Shown here: in pieces, positions 38,925 through 48,361 of the stretch
Position numbering within the stretch: the stretch's first letter is position 1
Layout of the letters: each line of letters starts with the position of its first letter
NCBI GenBank assembly: GCA_048881705.1
Contig: JBHLSH010000009.1
Coordinates: 1 to 64,000, forward strand
DNA from: Candidatus Heimdallarchaeota archaeon
GTDB lineage: Archaea > Asgardarchaeota > Heimdallarchaeia > Hodarchaeales > Hodarchaeaceae
DNA: 64,000 nucleotides
Direction: 5' to 3'
The notes under the pieces: generated by a model
What the model saw: the letters and a program-made list of their open reading frames with translations, nothing else
What the model was told of the DNA's origin: nothing
Database searches by the model: none
Program-made: the position numbers and the translations under genes

Positions 38925-40403
38925 ATGCTCTCATCACGTGGTGCTTTTATTGCAATTGGTGGCATCCTACTCCTTTCAGTCGGCCTGAGCGCAAAAGGGG
39001 TCGGAACACTGACCACCATGGTACCTATAGTGTTTGGAGGACAGGGGTTAGTTCAAGGCGGAGGGCAGCCAACAGGGAATGCAACTTCCGCTTACCCTCC
39101 AGGTATGGAATTTCTCGAAGTATTTGAAATTCTAAACAGTTCTCCGATTGTAGATTATGGAATGTTTCTTGGAACTTTATTGATTTTGGCAAGCATTATC
39201 GGATTACCGTTCTTCCGTGCATCAGCCAATGCATCACTTATTCGGGTAACTAGAAGCATTGATCGTGAAAAAGCATTCGCCGGTGAATATGTACACGTGA
39301 CGGTCAAAATTGAAAATACGGGTAGACGCCGCATGGATTTTTTAGAGATCTATGACGCGATTCCTGACATGTTCGAGATAGTGGTCGGAGAGAACTTTAT
39401 TATAACCCAACTCTCTGGACATGAAACTAAAGAATTTTCTTATATCATAAAGGTGAGTACTAGAGGCGTTTACCGCATAGGCCCCACCAAAGTCATTATA
39501 CATGATAGATTAGGTTTTTACTTCGAAGAGGACGTCCGACATTTCTACACGGAAGTTTTGTGTTATCCTTCCTACGAGGACATCCGACGTATGGACGCCT
39601 TGAGCAAACGAAGGCAACAGGGTAAACTTTTCGGGGCTCATAAGACCAAACAGAAAGGGATGGGAGACGATTTTCATGCCCTAGCACGATATTACCCAGG
39701 AGCTCCATTTAAATCCTTGGATTGGAAAGCTTTCAGCCGAACGGGAGAGCTCATGGTAAGAGAATTCGAAGCTGAGAAGAATATTAGAATTGTCGTATTC
39801 CTAGATCATAGTGGGAGTATGGGGGCAGGGATTCCTTTTAACACAAAATTAGACTTCGCTATTCGAGCAACAATGTTGGTCATGAAGATGGCAGAGGAGA
39901 GGCAAGATCTCTTCGGCATGATTACCTATGCGGACAGACCTACCTCTTACCTCCCGCCTAAAGGGGGCAAGGCGATGTTTTTCCAGCTATTAGAAATCCT
40001 TGCACTGGTGGAACCCCAAGGTCGCTCCGATCCTCTGGCCGCAGTCGACTTTGTGATGCAGAGGCTACCACGAGCATCTTTTTACGTGTTTCTTACTGAT
40101 TTGGAATCTTCAGATTCCGAAATCTTCACCGAGGCGGCCAAACGGGCTAGATCCGCAAAAAACCGTATCACCGTAATCAGCCCTTTTGGACCCCTATTCG
40201 AGACCAAGTTGACAGATTTAACCCCGACAGAACGAGCTATGGCAGAGGCAATTTTCGAAGAATATCTCGGTTACCGAAAGCAGGTTGAAGATGGTTTGCG
40301 AAGTTTAGGGGTAGAGATCATAAACGTGGGGCCTGACGACATGTTGCCAAATGTAATTAAAACCTACATGAAAGCAAAACAGCAGCAAATAGGTTCGGTG
40401 TAA
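38925..40403 (+). CDS. DUF58 / vWA-domain protein
   Basis: DFHALARYYPG...LDWKAFSR, VREFEAE, LDHSGSMG MIDAS. Confidence 0.92.
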   Translation: MLSSRGAFIAIGGILLLSVGLSAKGVGTLTTMVPIVFGGQGLVQGGGQPTGNATSAYPPGMEFLEVFEILNSSPIVDYGMFLGTLLILASIIGLPFFRASANASLIRVTRSIDREKAFAGEYVHVTVKIENTGRRRMDFLEIYDAIPDMFEIVVGENFIITQLSGHETKEFSYIIKVSTRGVYRIGPTKVIIHDRLGFYFEEDVRHFYTEVLCYPSYEDIRRMDALSKRRQQGKLFGAHKTKQKGMGDDFHALARYYPGAPFKSLDWKAFSRTGELMVREFEAEKNIRIVVFLDHSGSMGAGIPFNTKLDFAIRATMLVMKMAEERQDLFGMITYADRPTSYLPPKGGKAMFFQLLEILALVEPQGRSDPLAAVDFVMQRLPRASFYVFLTDLESSDSEIFTEAAKRARSAKNRITVISPFGPLFETKLTDLTPTERAMAEAIFEEYLGYRKQVEDGLRSLGVEIINVGPDDMLPNVIKTYMKAKQQQIGSV

Positions 40404-40409
40404 CAAAAT

Positions 40410-41798
40410 ATGGAAGCAAACGAGCTAACGGCCAATATCTTCCGCAGTATCTACTTCGCATTGTTTTGTTTTTCGGCAATTTTGGTTTTCTTTTCTATAG
40501 ATCCATCGATGTTTGATTTCAGCAACGTTTTTGGAATTCTTGAATGGCTCGCGCTCCTGGTCCAATCTGCAGTATGGGCAACGGGGTTCATTGCCCTATC
40601 CATTGTGAATGCATTCCTGGCACTAAAATCTCAGATCCCAATTCTCGGCAGTTTACCTCTCATTGGGGATCCGAATTATGCAGATCTCCAATATACCCAG
40701 GCCTATAGTACAATCATAGATGGTATTTTCAGCCCTGCCAACTATTTTTTTCCCCATTCGAATATTGATATCTCTGATCCCGCGGTTATAGGTGCAGTCA
40801 TCGAAGATTTCCTTAATTTTGTGGGGGCGACAACGATTTTGATCCTGTTACCAATCGCACTCCTCTCAGGCCTAGGTTTCCTCCGAGAAGGGGACACTAA
40901 ACTTGCGATTTATTCCTTCCTCGGATTCCAGCTAATTGTCATTGTTGCGATCTTCACTCAAAATGCTTTGATATCAACAGAAATCAATACTTCAGGCCTC
41001 ATTGAGATGATCCTAAGCCCCGTTTTCACCTTGGGATTTCTTCTCTATCTCTTACTAGAAGTAGCCTTCCAAACATCGTACACTCTAAATATTCTTGGAC
41101 CTATGACAGAGCGTGAGAAACGTATCCAAGAACACCTCAGGCGAATTCGAACCTTTGTTCCCACTAGCGGAGATGTTGAAACTCAGGATGAACAGACATT
41201 TCAAGGTACACAGTCCAAAAAATTCGGTCTCTTGGCTGCCAGCTATCTCCGAGAAATGGTAGAGCGACGTGTATTTAGAGAAAGAGAAGTCGTACAAGAC
41301 GCAAAAAGTATGATGCGTCTTCAGTCATATTTGGCTTCGCTATCACAAAGCGACCCGCAAACTGATTTGAAACTTGCAGCAAAAACCGCTCAACCGACTG
41401 GATCCGCATTATTGAGACATTTTGCTCCTGCAATGTTGTTTCGATTGGTGAGTGTGGTCTTACTCTCTTATTTCATCATAGCACCTGAAGGTATCTTGAA
41501 TCTCTTTATTGGTTTCTCTTTTCCAGCTCTTTTGGATAGTCTAGAGTTATCTCAGCCTGAATTTCGTACTATCGCCATCTTAAATGTGGCACTCTTGGTA
41601 ATTCTCATTTCCGCCGTTCTTCATTATGCTACAACTAGTAAACGAACAAAAGCTATGCTTCTACGTGTGGTACAGCAGATTGATACCTTAGTCGATTTTG
41701 ATAGGGGGCCGAGTCCGACTACGGTGGCGGACGAGGGGATAGAGCCAGATGAAACTGTAGAAGAACAGCCTATTGATGAGGAAGAAGAGATTTCATAA
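40410..41798 (+). CDS. multi-pass membrane protein
   Basis: several TM segments, a cytoplasmic helical loop and an acidic tail. Confidence 0.75.
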   Translation: MEANELTANIFRSIYFALFCFSAILVFFSIDPSMFDFSNVFGILEWLALLVQSAVWATGFIALSIVNAFLALKSQIPILGSLPLIGDPNYADLQYTQAYSTIIDGIFSPANYFFPHSNIDISDPAVIGAVIEDFLNFVGATTILILLPIALLSGLGFLREGDTKLAIYSFLGFQLIVIVAIFTQNALISTEINTSGLIEMILSPVFTLGFLLYLLLEVAFQTSYTLNILGPMTEREKRIQEHLRRIRTFVPTSGDVETQDEQTFQGTQSKKFGLLAASYLREMVERRVFREREVVQDAKSMMRLQSYLASLSQSDPQTDLKLAAKTAQPTGSALLRHFAPAMLFRLVSVVLLSYFIIAPEGILNLFIGFSFPALLDSLELSQPEFRTIAILNVALLVILISAVLHYATTSKRTKAMLLRVVQQIDTLVDFDRGPSPTTVADEGIEPDETVEEQPIDEEEEIS

Positions 41799-41827
41799 AC
41801 CCGTAATGAACACGAGATGATAGTCCC

Positions 41828-42361
41828 ATGGTGAAACTTGACCCAGAATCGATTCAAGCCCGAAAGCAATTAATGGATGAAATCAAGGATTACGGGGACT
41901 ACCAAAAGCTCAATGATCGTAATGAGACCGATTCAGCAGTTCGTTTCTACCTTGAGAATCGTCTATCTATCTGTTCAGACGAAGTTAAAAAAATCCAAGA
42001 AGCTGCATTGATGAGCCAAATGATTACAACATGGTCCGATTTGGATCGTCTCATAGCAAGCTTTTCAGATCTAAGATTGTTAGTCCAAAAAACGAGCTAC
42101 GGGATCAGTACCTTTTTTGATAGCCTTGTCATAAAAGAATTCGATCTCAGCTATATGTACACCTTAGAAAAAACCGTTTTGGACATAATAACAAGGTTAG
42201 ATGAGAAAATTGAGCAGTTTAGTGAAGCCATTGAGAGTGGAATGCTTTCAGACAGCAGTAGACTGACTAATGAGATCCTTGAAGACTTATCAGCGGTTAG
42301 AGACGCGTGGGAAGAGCGTCGAAAGTTAATAGAAGAATTTCAAAAGTTGGGCCTGGTTTAA
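41828..42361 (+). CDS. conserved helical-bundle hypothetical protein
   Basis: YGDYQ...R.TDSAVR and SYGISTFFD motifs; coiled helices. Confidence 0.7.
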   Translation: MVKLDPESIQARKQLMDEIKDYGDYQKLNDRNETDSAVRFYLENRLSICSDEVKKIQEAALMSQMITTWSDLDRLIASFSDLRLLVQKTSYGISTFFDSLVIKEFDLSYMYTLEKTVLDIITRLDEKIEQFSEAIESGMLSDSSRLTNEILEDLSAVRDAWEERRKLIEEFQKLGLV

Positions 42362-42619
42362 ACTAGATCTCAATCTCATATTCACAATTCTACTTCAATA
42401 TTTCCTGTTCATCCTTCTTCCAATGAATCTGGATCAACAGTTTCGTTGGGTGAGGCAATGAACGACATTCTCATCCCCTAGCTCCATAGATACAATCCAA
42501 TTACATCAAAAAACCGATTGCTTTTTTATCTGATAATGTAATTTTTTTCACGCTTATGCTTGCTTTTGAAATTCTGCTTACCTACTTGAACTTCATCGAG
42601 GACTCTAATAACAGTCAAA

Positions 42620-44665
42620 TTGGGTGATTTTATGACAGAAATGACAACAACTGAGTTAGAAAAGTCGAAAAAATACTATCCGCAGCCCAATCTAGCAGAG
42701 AAAAGCCGAACTCCTGATATGGATGCCTATTTTTTCAAATGGAAGGAATCCGTTGAAAAACCTGAGCAATTTTGGGCGGAAGAGGCCAAAAAGATCGACT
42801 GGTTTACACCCTATAATCAAGTGTGGGTCCCCCCTATAGAAGGGAAAACCGATTTTGTTGGCCAATGGTATGTAGGAGGGAAACTGAATGTCACCTTTAA
42901 TTGTCTTGATCGCTGGGTTGAACGAGGATATGGAAATGAAACTGCCCTCATATGGATGGGCGAAGATGACGCGGTAAAGAAATATACTTACCAATCACTG
43001 CTTGTAGAAGTCAACAAAGCTGCCAACGCCTTGAAAAGTCTTGGAGTCAAAAAAGGCGATCGGGTTTGTGTTTGGTTACCCATGATTGACGCGTTAGCGA
43101 TTGTAATGCTTGCTTGTGCACGAATAGGGGCTATTCATTCAATTGTTTTTGGTGGTTTTTCAGCTGAGTCCGTAAAGGATCGAATTGATGACTCAAATTG
43201 TAAAATTTTGGTGACTGCTGACGAAATAAGACGTGCTGGCAAGAACAGACCCATGAAAAACAATCTAAGAGGTATCATTGAAACCTGTCCGTCTATCAAA
43301 CATGTAGCAGTCATTAAACTCACTGGGGGCGAGGTTTATGAGTCCGAAAAAGATGTAGATTTTTTAATGTTAATGAAAGAACAATCTCCGACGTGTGAAC
43401 CCGAAATAATGGATGCAGAGGATCCTCTTTTCATTTTATATACAAGTGGAACCACCGGTAAACCCAAAGGGGTCGTACATACACAAGCCGGATATTTAGT
43501 CTATGGCGTGACCACCAATTATTACGTGTGGGATTACTCATGCTTACTTGATCTCAAGGGGGACACTCCCGCAACACGAGACGTATGGTATTGTACTGCT
43601 GATATTGGCTGGATTACTGGTCACACCCAAATCGTCTATGCCCCGTTAAGTCTAGGCGCCATCACCATCATGTACGAGGGTGTTCCTACCTGGCCGCATA
43701 ACGGACGCTTCTGGGAAATTTGCGAAAAGTTTGGGGTGACCCATTTCTACACCGCACCTACTGCCATTCGAGCATTGAAGAAATTCGGGGATGAACACGT
43801 TACAAAGTGGGATCTTTCAAAATTAAAAATGTTAGGTACCGTGGGAGAAGTATGTAACTGGCCTGAATGGCGGTGGTACTGGGAGGTGGTGGGAAGGGGG
43901 ACATTAGGTGACAAACCCCAAGGAAGACCCATTGTAGATAGTTATTGGCAGACTGAAACTGGGAGCTATATGATGGTGAATTTTGGGGCAGTGACTCCCA
44001 TGAAGCCAGGAAGCTGTACTTTCCCTATGTACGGGATTAATCCAGTGCTCTTGGATGATGATGGGCAAAGGGTCACCAAACCGAATACACAGGCGTATTT
44101 TGCCTATGATCAAAGCTGGCCTGGGCTAATGCGCACCGTGTGGGGAAATCATCCTCGCTTTGTGAATACATATTTGTCACAGTTCGAAGGGCATTACTTC
44201 ACGGGTGATTATGCGCTGATTGACAATGAGGGCTATTATTTCATTCTAGGACGGTCAGACGACGTGATCAAGGTCTCGGGACATCGACTAGGTTCTGCAG
44301 AAGTTGAATCCGCTATAAATTCCCATCCAAAGGTTGCTGAAAGCGCGGTCATTCCTTATCCACATCCTGTAAAAGGATCCACAATTTTTGCATATGTAAC
44401 GGTGATGTCAGGTGTGGAACCGAGCGAGGATCTCAAAAAAGAGATTCAAGCACACGTCAGATCCGTAGCAGGACCTGCAGTCTATCCTGAGATTATTATG
44501 TTTGCAGATGCAGTTCCTAAAACTCGCTCGGGAAAAATTATGCGTCGAATTCTCAAAGCTGTTGCCACCCAAAGAGACATCGGGAATGTTATGACCTTGG
44601 CCAATCCTGAAGTTGTGGACGAGCTAATCAATAGACGAAAGATGATGGGAGAAATTATGTTTTAA
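42620..44665 (+). CDS. acs: acetyl-CoA synthetase (AMP-forming)
   Basis: YTSGTTGKPKG, TADIGWITGH, YWQTETG, PKTRSGKIMRR. Confidence 0.95.
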   Translation: MGDFMTEMTTTELEKSKKYYPQPNLAEKSRTPDMDAYFFKWKESVEKPEQFWAEEAKKIDWFTPYNQVWVPPIEGKTDFVGQWYVGGKLNVTFNCLDRWVERGYGNETALIWMGEDDAVKKYTYQSLLVEVNKAANALKSLGVKKGDRVCVWLPMIDALAIVMLACARIGAIHSIVFGGFSAESVKDRIDDSNCKILVTADEIRRAGKNRPMKNNLRGIIETCPSIKHVAVIKLTGGEVYESEKDVDFLMLMKEQSPTCEPEIMDAEDPLFILYTSGTTGKPKGVVHTQAGYLVYGVTTNYYVWDYSCLLDLKGDTPATRDVWYCTADIGWITGHTQIVYAPLSLGAITIMYEGVPTWPHNGRFWEICEKFGVTHFYTAPTAIRALKKFGDEHVTKWDLSKLKMLGTVGEVCNWPEWRWYWEVVGRGTLGDKPQGRPIVDSYWQTETGSYMMVNFGAVTPMKPGSCTFPMYGINPVLLDDDGQRVTKPNTQAYFAYDQSWPGLMRTVWGNHPRFVNTYLSQFEGHYFTGDYALIDNEGYYFILGRSDDVIKVSGHRLGSAEVESAINSHPKVAESAVIPYPHPVKGSTIFAYVTVMSGVEPSEDLKKEIQAHVRSVAGPAVYPEIIMFADAVPKTRSGKIMRRILKAVATQRDIGNVMTLANPEVVDELINRRKMMGEIMF

Positions 44666-44693
44666 CCTTCCACGCCTTTTCCTACCTTCTTTT

Positions 44694-45017
44694 TTAATCA
44701 GAGACAACCTGGGGATCTATTCCTAGACTTTCTTTTATCATGGCAAGTATCTGTTCTTCTTTAATGTTTCTTAATCTGAGAACTTTCTTGGAGCTTTTAT
44801 GTCCAGTTTCTAGGATCGTTTCGGTTTTGAAATGCTTGCGGAACAATTTCAGGATTTGTTTGTTCGCTCTTCCTTGAATGGGCGGAGATGTGACTCGGAT
44901 TAGAAACTGATTCGGGCTAACTACGAGTTCATCTTTATGTTGCCTAGTCTTTACATGAACAGTGACCAGAAAATCTCCTGTATCGACATCCAATTTCAGC
45001 CAAGGGAACTTTTGCAT
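44694..45017 (-). CDS. DUF167/YggU family protein
   Basis: IRVTSPPIQGRANKQILK...SSKKVLR; ATG at 45017. Confidence 0.85.
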   Translation of the reverse strand: MQKFPWLKLDVDTGDFLVTVHVKTRQHKDELVVSPNQFLIRVTSPPIQGRANKQILKLFRKHFKTETILETGHKSSKKVLRLRNIKEEQILAMIKESLGIDPQVVSD

Positions 45018-46972
45018 CTCGCACCGTCCTGGGTGATTTCTTCGACTGAAGAAAAGGGAGTTCGCTGAAGTGAGAAGCGAGTCTCGATTAACCTCTGTGC
45101 ATCCAGTAGCGAAAGGTTTTCTTCCATCCAAATGAAATTCAAGAAATAACGTGCTAGATTGCTGGGCCATAAACTTTCTTGATAGGATGTCCCCAGTGCG
45201 AGGGAAATACGTTGCTTGAAACGGTTAACGTACTGTTCCGATGATTTCCGTCCAACTTCCTTAATAATCTCAACGGGGGATTTCGAGGTCCAAATGATTT
45301 CAAATTGATGCTGGATCGAGTCCACTACAAACCCGTAAATTACCCCTGTCTGATCATTCGTGACAAAAGGTTTACCAATTAGATAACGGAAGGTTTCAGG
45401 GATGCTCGTGAAATAAACCCCGACCTTAGCATGAATTTTATCCCCAAAATTAAACGCAGCTGAAGGTAAAACCGAAAAATATGAAGCCGCTAGTTCGTGA
45501 GGAGAGATGAGAAGCCGCTCTTTTGTATTCATAGTCCATAAGCTAGCTGGTGAAAAAGCCTCCCCTTCGCCAATGCTTAGTTCTTTGGCTACGTGAAATC
45601 GGAGTGCAGCTAGATTTTGGATACCTAATCCCTCCAAAAAAAGGGTTAGGATAAAGGAGGGGGGAACATCGCGTTTGATAAGAAGAGCCTGCCCAAAGGG
45701 AGTACCTGACATGAGCCCAGAAATCTTTCCAAAATGAGACCCTCCCATACCAGTGATGTCTTGATCCATAACTTGACCTACATCGGTAATTATGGGGTTA
45801 CCTGGGGCGGGAATCCACACTGGAACTCGGAGCTGTGTAAGTGCGCCCTCATCAATGGTTACTCCATTAGCGGAATGTTCCGTCACCCCTGGTATTGTTA
45901 TAAAATTTACCTGGTTTAAATGAGGTTTAACTGGAGTAACATAACCCCCGATGGAGTGTAACCAATTATTAAAGAATGATGGTTGGAGAGCTAAAGTTCT
46001 AGGAATCCCTAACGCTTTAGCAATAGTAGTTTTGATTTGTTCGGTCGTAACTTTTTTCAGGTCAAGTTTTGCTTGTTTCAGGATCTTTTGGTAACGCTGT
46101 TTTAAAATTGCAATTGAGATTGGCTCTTCTTTAACGATCGGAAGAAAGGTTGTATCATCTACGATAATGGGGGGACGAAAAACACCCAGAGGATTACCTG
46201 TTGTATCAATAGCTACCTTACCCACAACATCCCAAGGATTCGAGTCTGGAGTTGAAATAGGCCTCATCTGAACTTCAATTGGATTTGGTGGGTTTACTGC
46301 AGAGATATCCTCCACAGGGGAAGCAGAAAGGTTATCGCTAACCTGACCTAGAGGTTGAATAAGATCCCCCAAATTTAATGTATCTACCTGCTCATCACCG
46401 AGTGGAGAGATGAGCCTACTAATTATATCTCTTTCTACATCTTCCATGGGGGCTGAGGGTATTGTAGGAGTAGGAAATTCATCTTTCCTGCTGGAATCGG
46501 CCCATTTTTCCCACACTTTTGAAAATTTTGATATTATTCGTGATGTCGATTCCTTTACATCGGACTGTGGTAAATCAGGGAACAATGTATCTAAATTGAG
46601 CCTATTGTTTTCTTCTAGACCTTTAAGTCGGGCGATCAACATTGGGATATGAGTATGTAGCTTTTCCTCTCTTTTCTCAAGTTTTTCGCGTTCTTTGACG
46701 AGCTCTGAAATCACATGTCTTGCTTCTGCTTTGGTCGATCTACCGGCATCCCATGACAAGGCGGCTTGTTTTGTTTTGACTTCATTAATCTGAAGCGCAT
46801 TTTTAACTTGATGTAAGGTCTCTTCGATATAAATCAGCTGAATCATATCAAGAAGGGGCGCAGGAGAGTACGCGTTTACTTGCGATGCTTTTTTGAGGCC
46901 ATTAAGCGCATTAAGGAGCTGATTCTCATCTATTAGATCTTGATTCCTAAGGGCAAAGAGGAAATTTTTCAA
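44996..46972 (-). CDS. hypothetical protein: N-terminal coiled coil and three degenerate PRC-barrel-like repeats
   Basis: VVGKVAIDTTGNPLG, VMDQDITGMGGSHFG and LIGKPFVTNDQTG, each followed by a helical insert (AKALGI/AKELSI/SLALGT). Confidence 0.65.
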   Translation of the reverse strand: MKNFLFALRNQDLIDENQLLNALNGLKKASQVNAYSPAPLLDMIQLIYIEETLHQVKNALQINEVKTKQAALSWDAGRSTKAEARHVISELVKEREKLEKREEKLHTHIPMLIARLKGLEENNRLNLDTLFPDLPQSDVKESTSRIISKFSKVWEKWADSSRKDEFPTPTIPSAPMEDVERDIISRLISPLGDEQVDTLNLGDLIQPLGQVSDNLSASPVEDISAVNPPNPIEVQMRPISTPDSNPWDVVGKVAIDTTGNPLGVFRPPIIVDDTTFLPIVKEEPISIAILKQRYQKILKQAKLDLKKVTTEQIKTTIAKALGIPRTLALQPSFFNNWLHSIGGYVTPVKPHLNQVNFITIPGVTEHSANGVTIDEGALTQLRVPVWIPAPGNPIITDVGQVMDQDITGMGGSHFGKISGLMSGTPFGQALLIKRDVPPSFILTLFLEGLGIQNLAALRFHVAKELSIGEGEAFSPASLWTMNTKERLLISPHELAASYFSVLPSAAFNFGDKIHAKVGVYFTSIPETFRYLIGKPFVTNDQTGVIYGFVVDSIQHQFEIIWTSKSPVEIIKEVGRKSSEQYVNRFKQRISLALGTSYQESLWPSNLARYFLNFIWMEENLSLLDAQRLIETRFSLQRTPFSSVEEITQDGARCKSSLG

Positions 46973-47086
46973 GGAACTAAAAGCAAGCTCCTCCGATTTG
47001 GCCTGGGTATCTTTATTAAAACAAAATAATGATGTTTATTAAAAAATTACCTGAATACTTGACTTTCCGTTATTGATACTGATTCC

Positions 47087-48112
47087 TTATTCTTCTTCAG
47101 AGGTTTCTTGGCGATTTTCATTCAGTGATTCGGGAATTTCAAAATCAAAAGGCGGTTGGGTAGTTATAATCACTCCATCGTTTTCCGTGATGACGAAAGT
47201 ATGTTCATATTGGGCAACATAACTTCCTTTTTCATCGGCCAATGGGGGGTATGCCAAAGCGCCTCCCGCGCTCAAAAGCTCCCGGAGGGCAAAACGTACC
47301 CGTGCTTGATTAAATCCGTCATAAGAAGATAACCAGCGTTCCGCAAAGGGGAGAGATTTGTAATTCCTGTAAATTGCTGAATATATCTTTCGAGAAACAG
47401 GATTCCTGAGGGCTACTCGTCGAGGTAATAACATGTAGATATATTTTGTACCAGATACCTCGTGGACACTCCCCGTTCCTGTTGAAGCGAAAGTTTCAAA
47501 TGCGTAGGCTTCTCCGACTTCCAATGCGCTTTCGGCCGGGTCAAAGGTCTGCCCAATATTGGGTAACCTTTTATCACCATGGAGTTCAAACCGACCCAAT
47601 TTATGCCCAGATAACTCACGTAATGGTTTGTACCCATATCCATTAATCGTTTCTTCCACTCGTTTTCCAATCATTGAGGGCATAGTACCTGGATTAATAA
47701 TTTCCATTCCAGCCTTAAAACCTTCCTTTGCTGCATCTTTTAGGTTCTTATGCTCAGTTGACAGGTCAACCGAAAGTGCAGTATCCGCAATATACCCATT
47801 AACATGCACACCAACGTCGAATTTCACAATGCCATCATCTGGAATGATTGTCTGATCTCCAAATGGTGAAGAGTAGTGAGCAGCCAAATGATTGATCGAA
47901 ACATTAGTTGGAAATCCATGTCCATCTGCCCCTTTTTCGAGGATCATCTTCTCAGCACTCTCACAGATCTCAATAACCGAAGTTCCAGGTTTAATCATCT
48001 TAACAACGTTATGTAATACTTCATAACCAATTTGTCCAGCTTTTCGGTAGTAATAGATCCTTTCTTCGTTAGAGATCCCCTCTTCCGATGTCCAGTCACT
48101 CAATTTCGTCAC
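47087..48112 (-). CDS. map: methionine aminopeptidase type II
   Basis: AAHYS, KFDVGVHVNGYIADTA, LSGH, AFETFA, QYEHT. Confidence 0.95.
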   Translation of the reverse strand: MTKLSDWTSEEGISNEERIYYYRKAGQIGYEVLHNVVKMIKPGTSVIEICESAEKMILEKGADGHGFPTNVSINHLAAHYSSPFGDQTIIPDDGIVKFDVGVHVNGYIADTALSVDLSTEHKNLKDAAKEGFKAGMEIINPGTMPSMIGKRVEETINGYGYKPLRELSGHKLGRFELHGDKRLPNIGQTFDPAESALEVGEAYAFETFASTGTGSVHEVSGTKYIYMLLPRRVALRNPVSRKIYSAIYRNYKSLPFAERWLSSYDGFNQARVRFALRELLSAGGALAYPPLADEKGSYVAQYEHTFVITENDGVIITTQPPFDFEIPESLNENRQETSEEE

Positions 48113-48361
48113 CTTTTACTTTTTTTTCACTCTTTAATGCCAATCGTTTGGAAAGATTCTATTTTATGCAAGGAAGTAGAATGAAGAGGAAAAGATCCCT
48201 CTTAAGGTCGAGATGCATACTATTGCTCGTAATACATGCATAGAACCGCTGTTTGGGCATTCTGTGAGTCAACTAAAAACCTTTATTTCTCGGATTCAAT
48301 GGGAGTATCATAAAGTTTAAGCATCGGTATTAGGTGAAAATGCCGATTTCATTGGAGTTAT

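Noticed and set aside
45018-45170. N-terminal extension of the DUF167 protein in the ORF track
   Set aside because: It overlaps the 3' end of the upstream gene in another frame; the ATG at 45017 gives a normal-size protein
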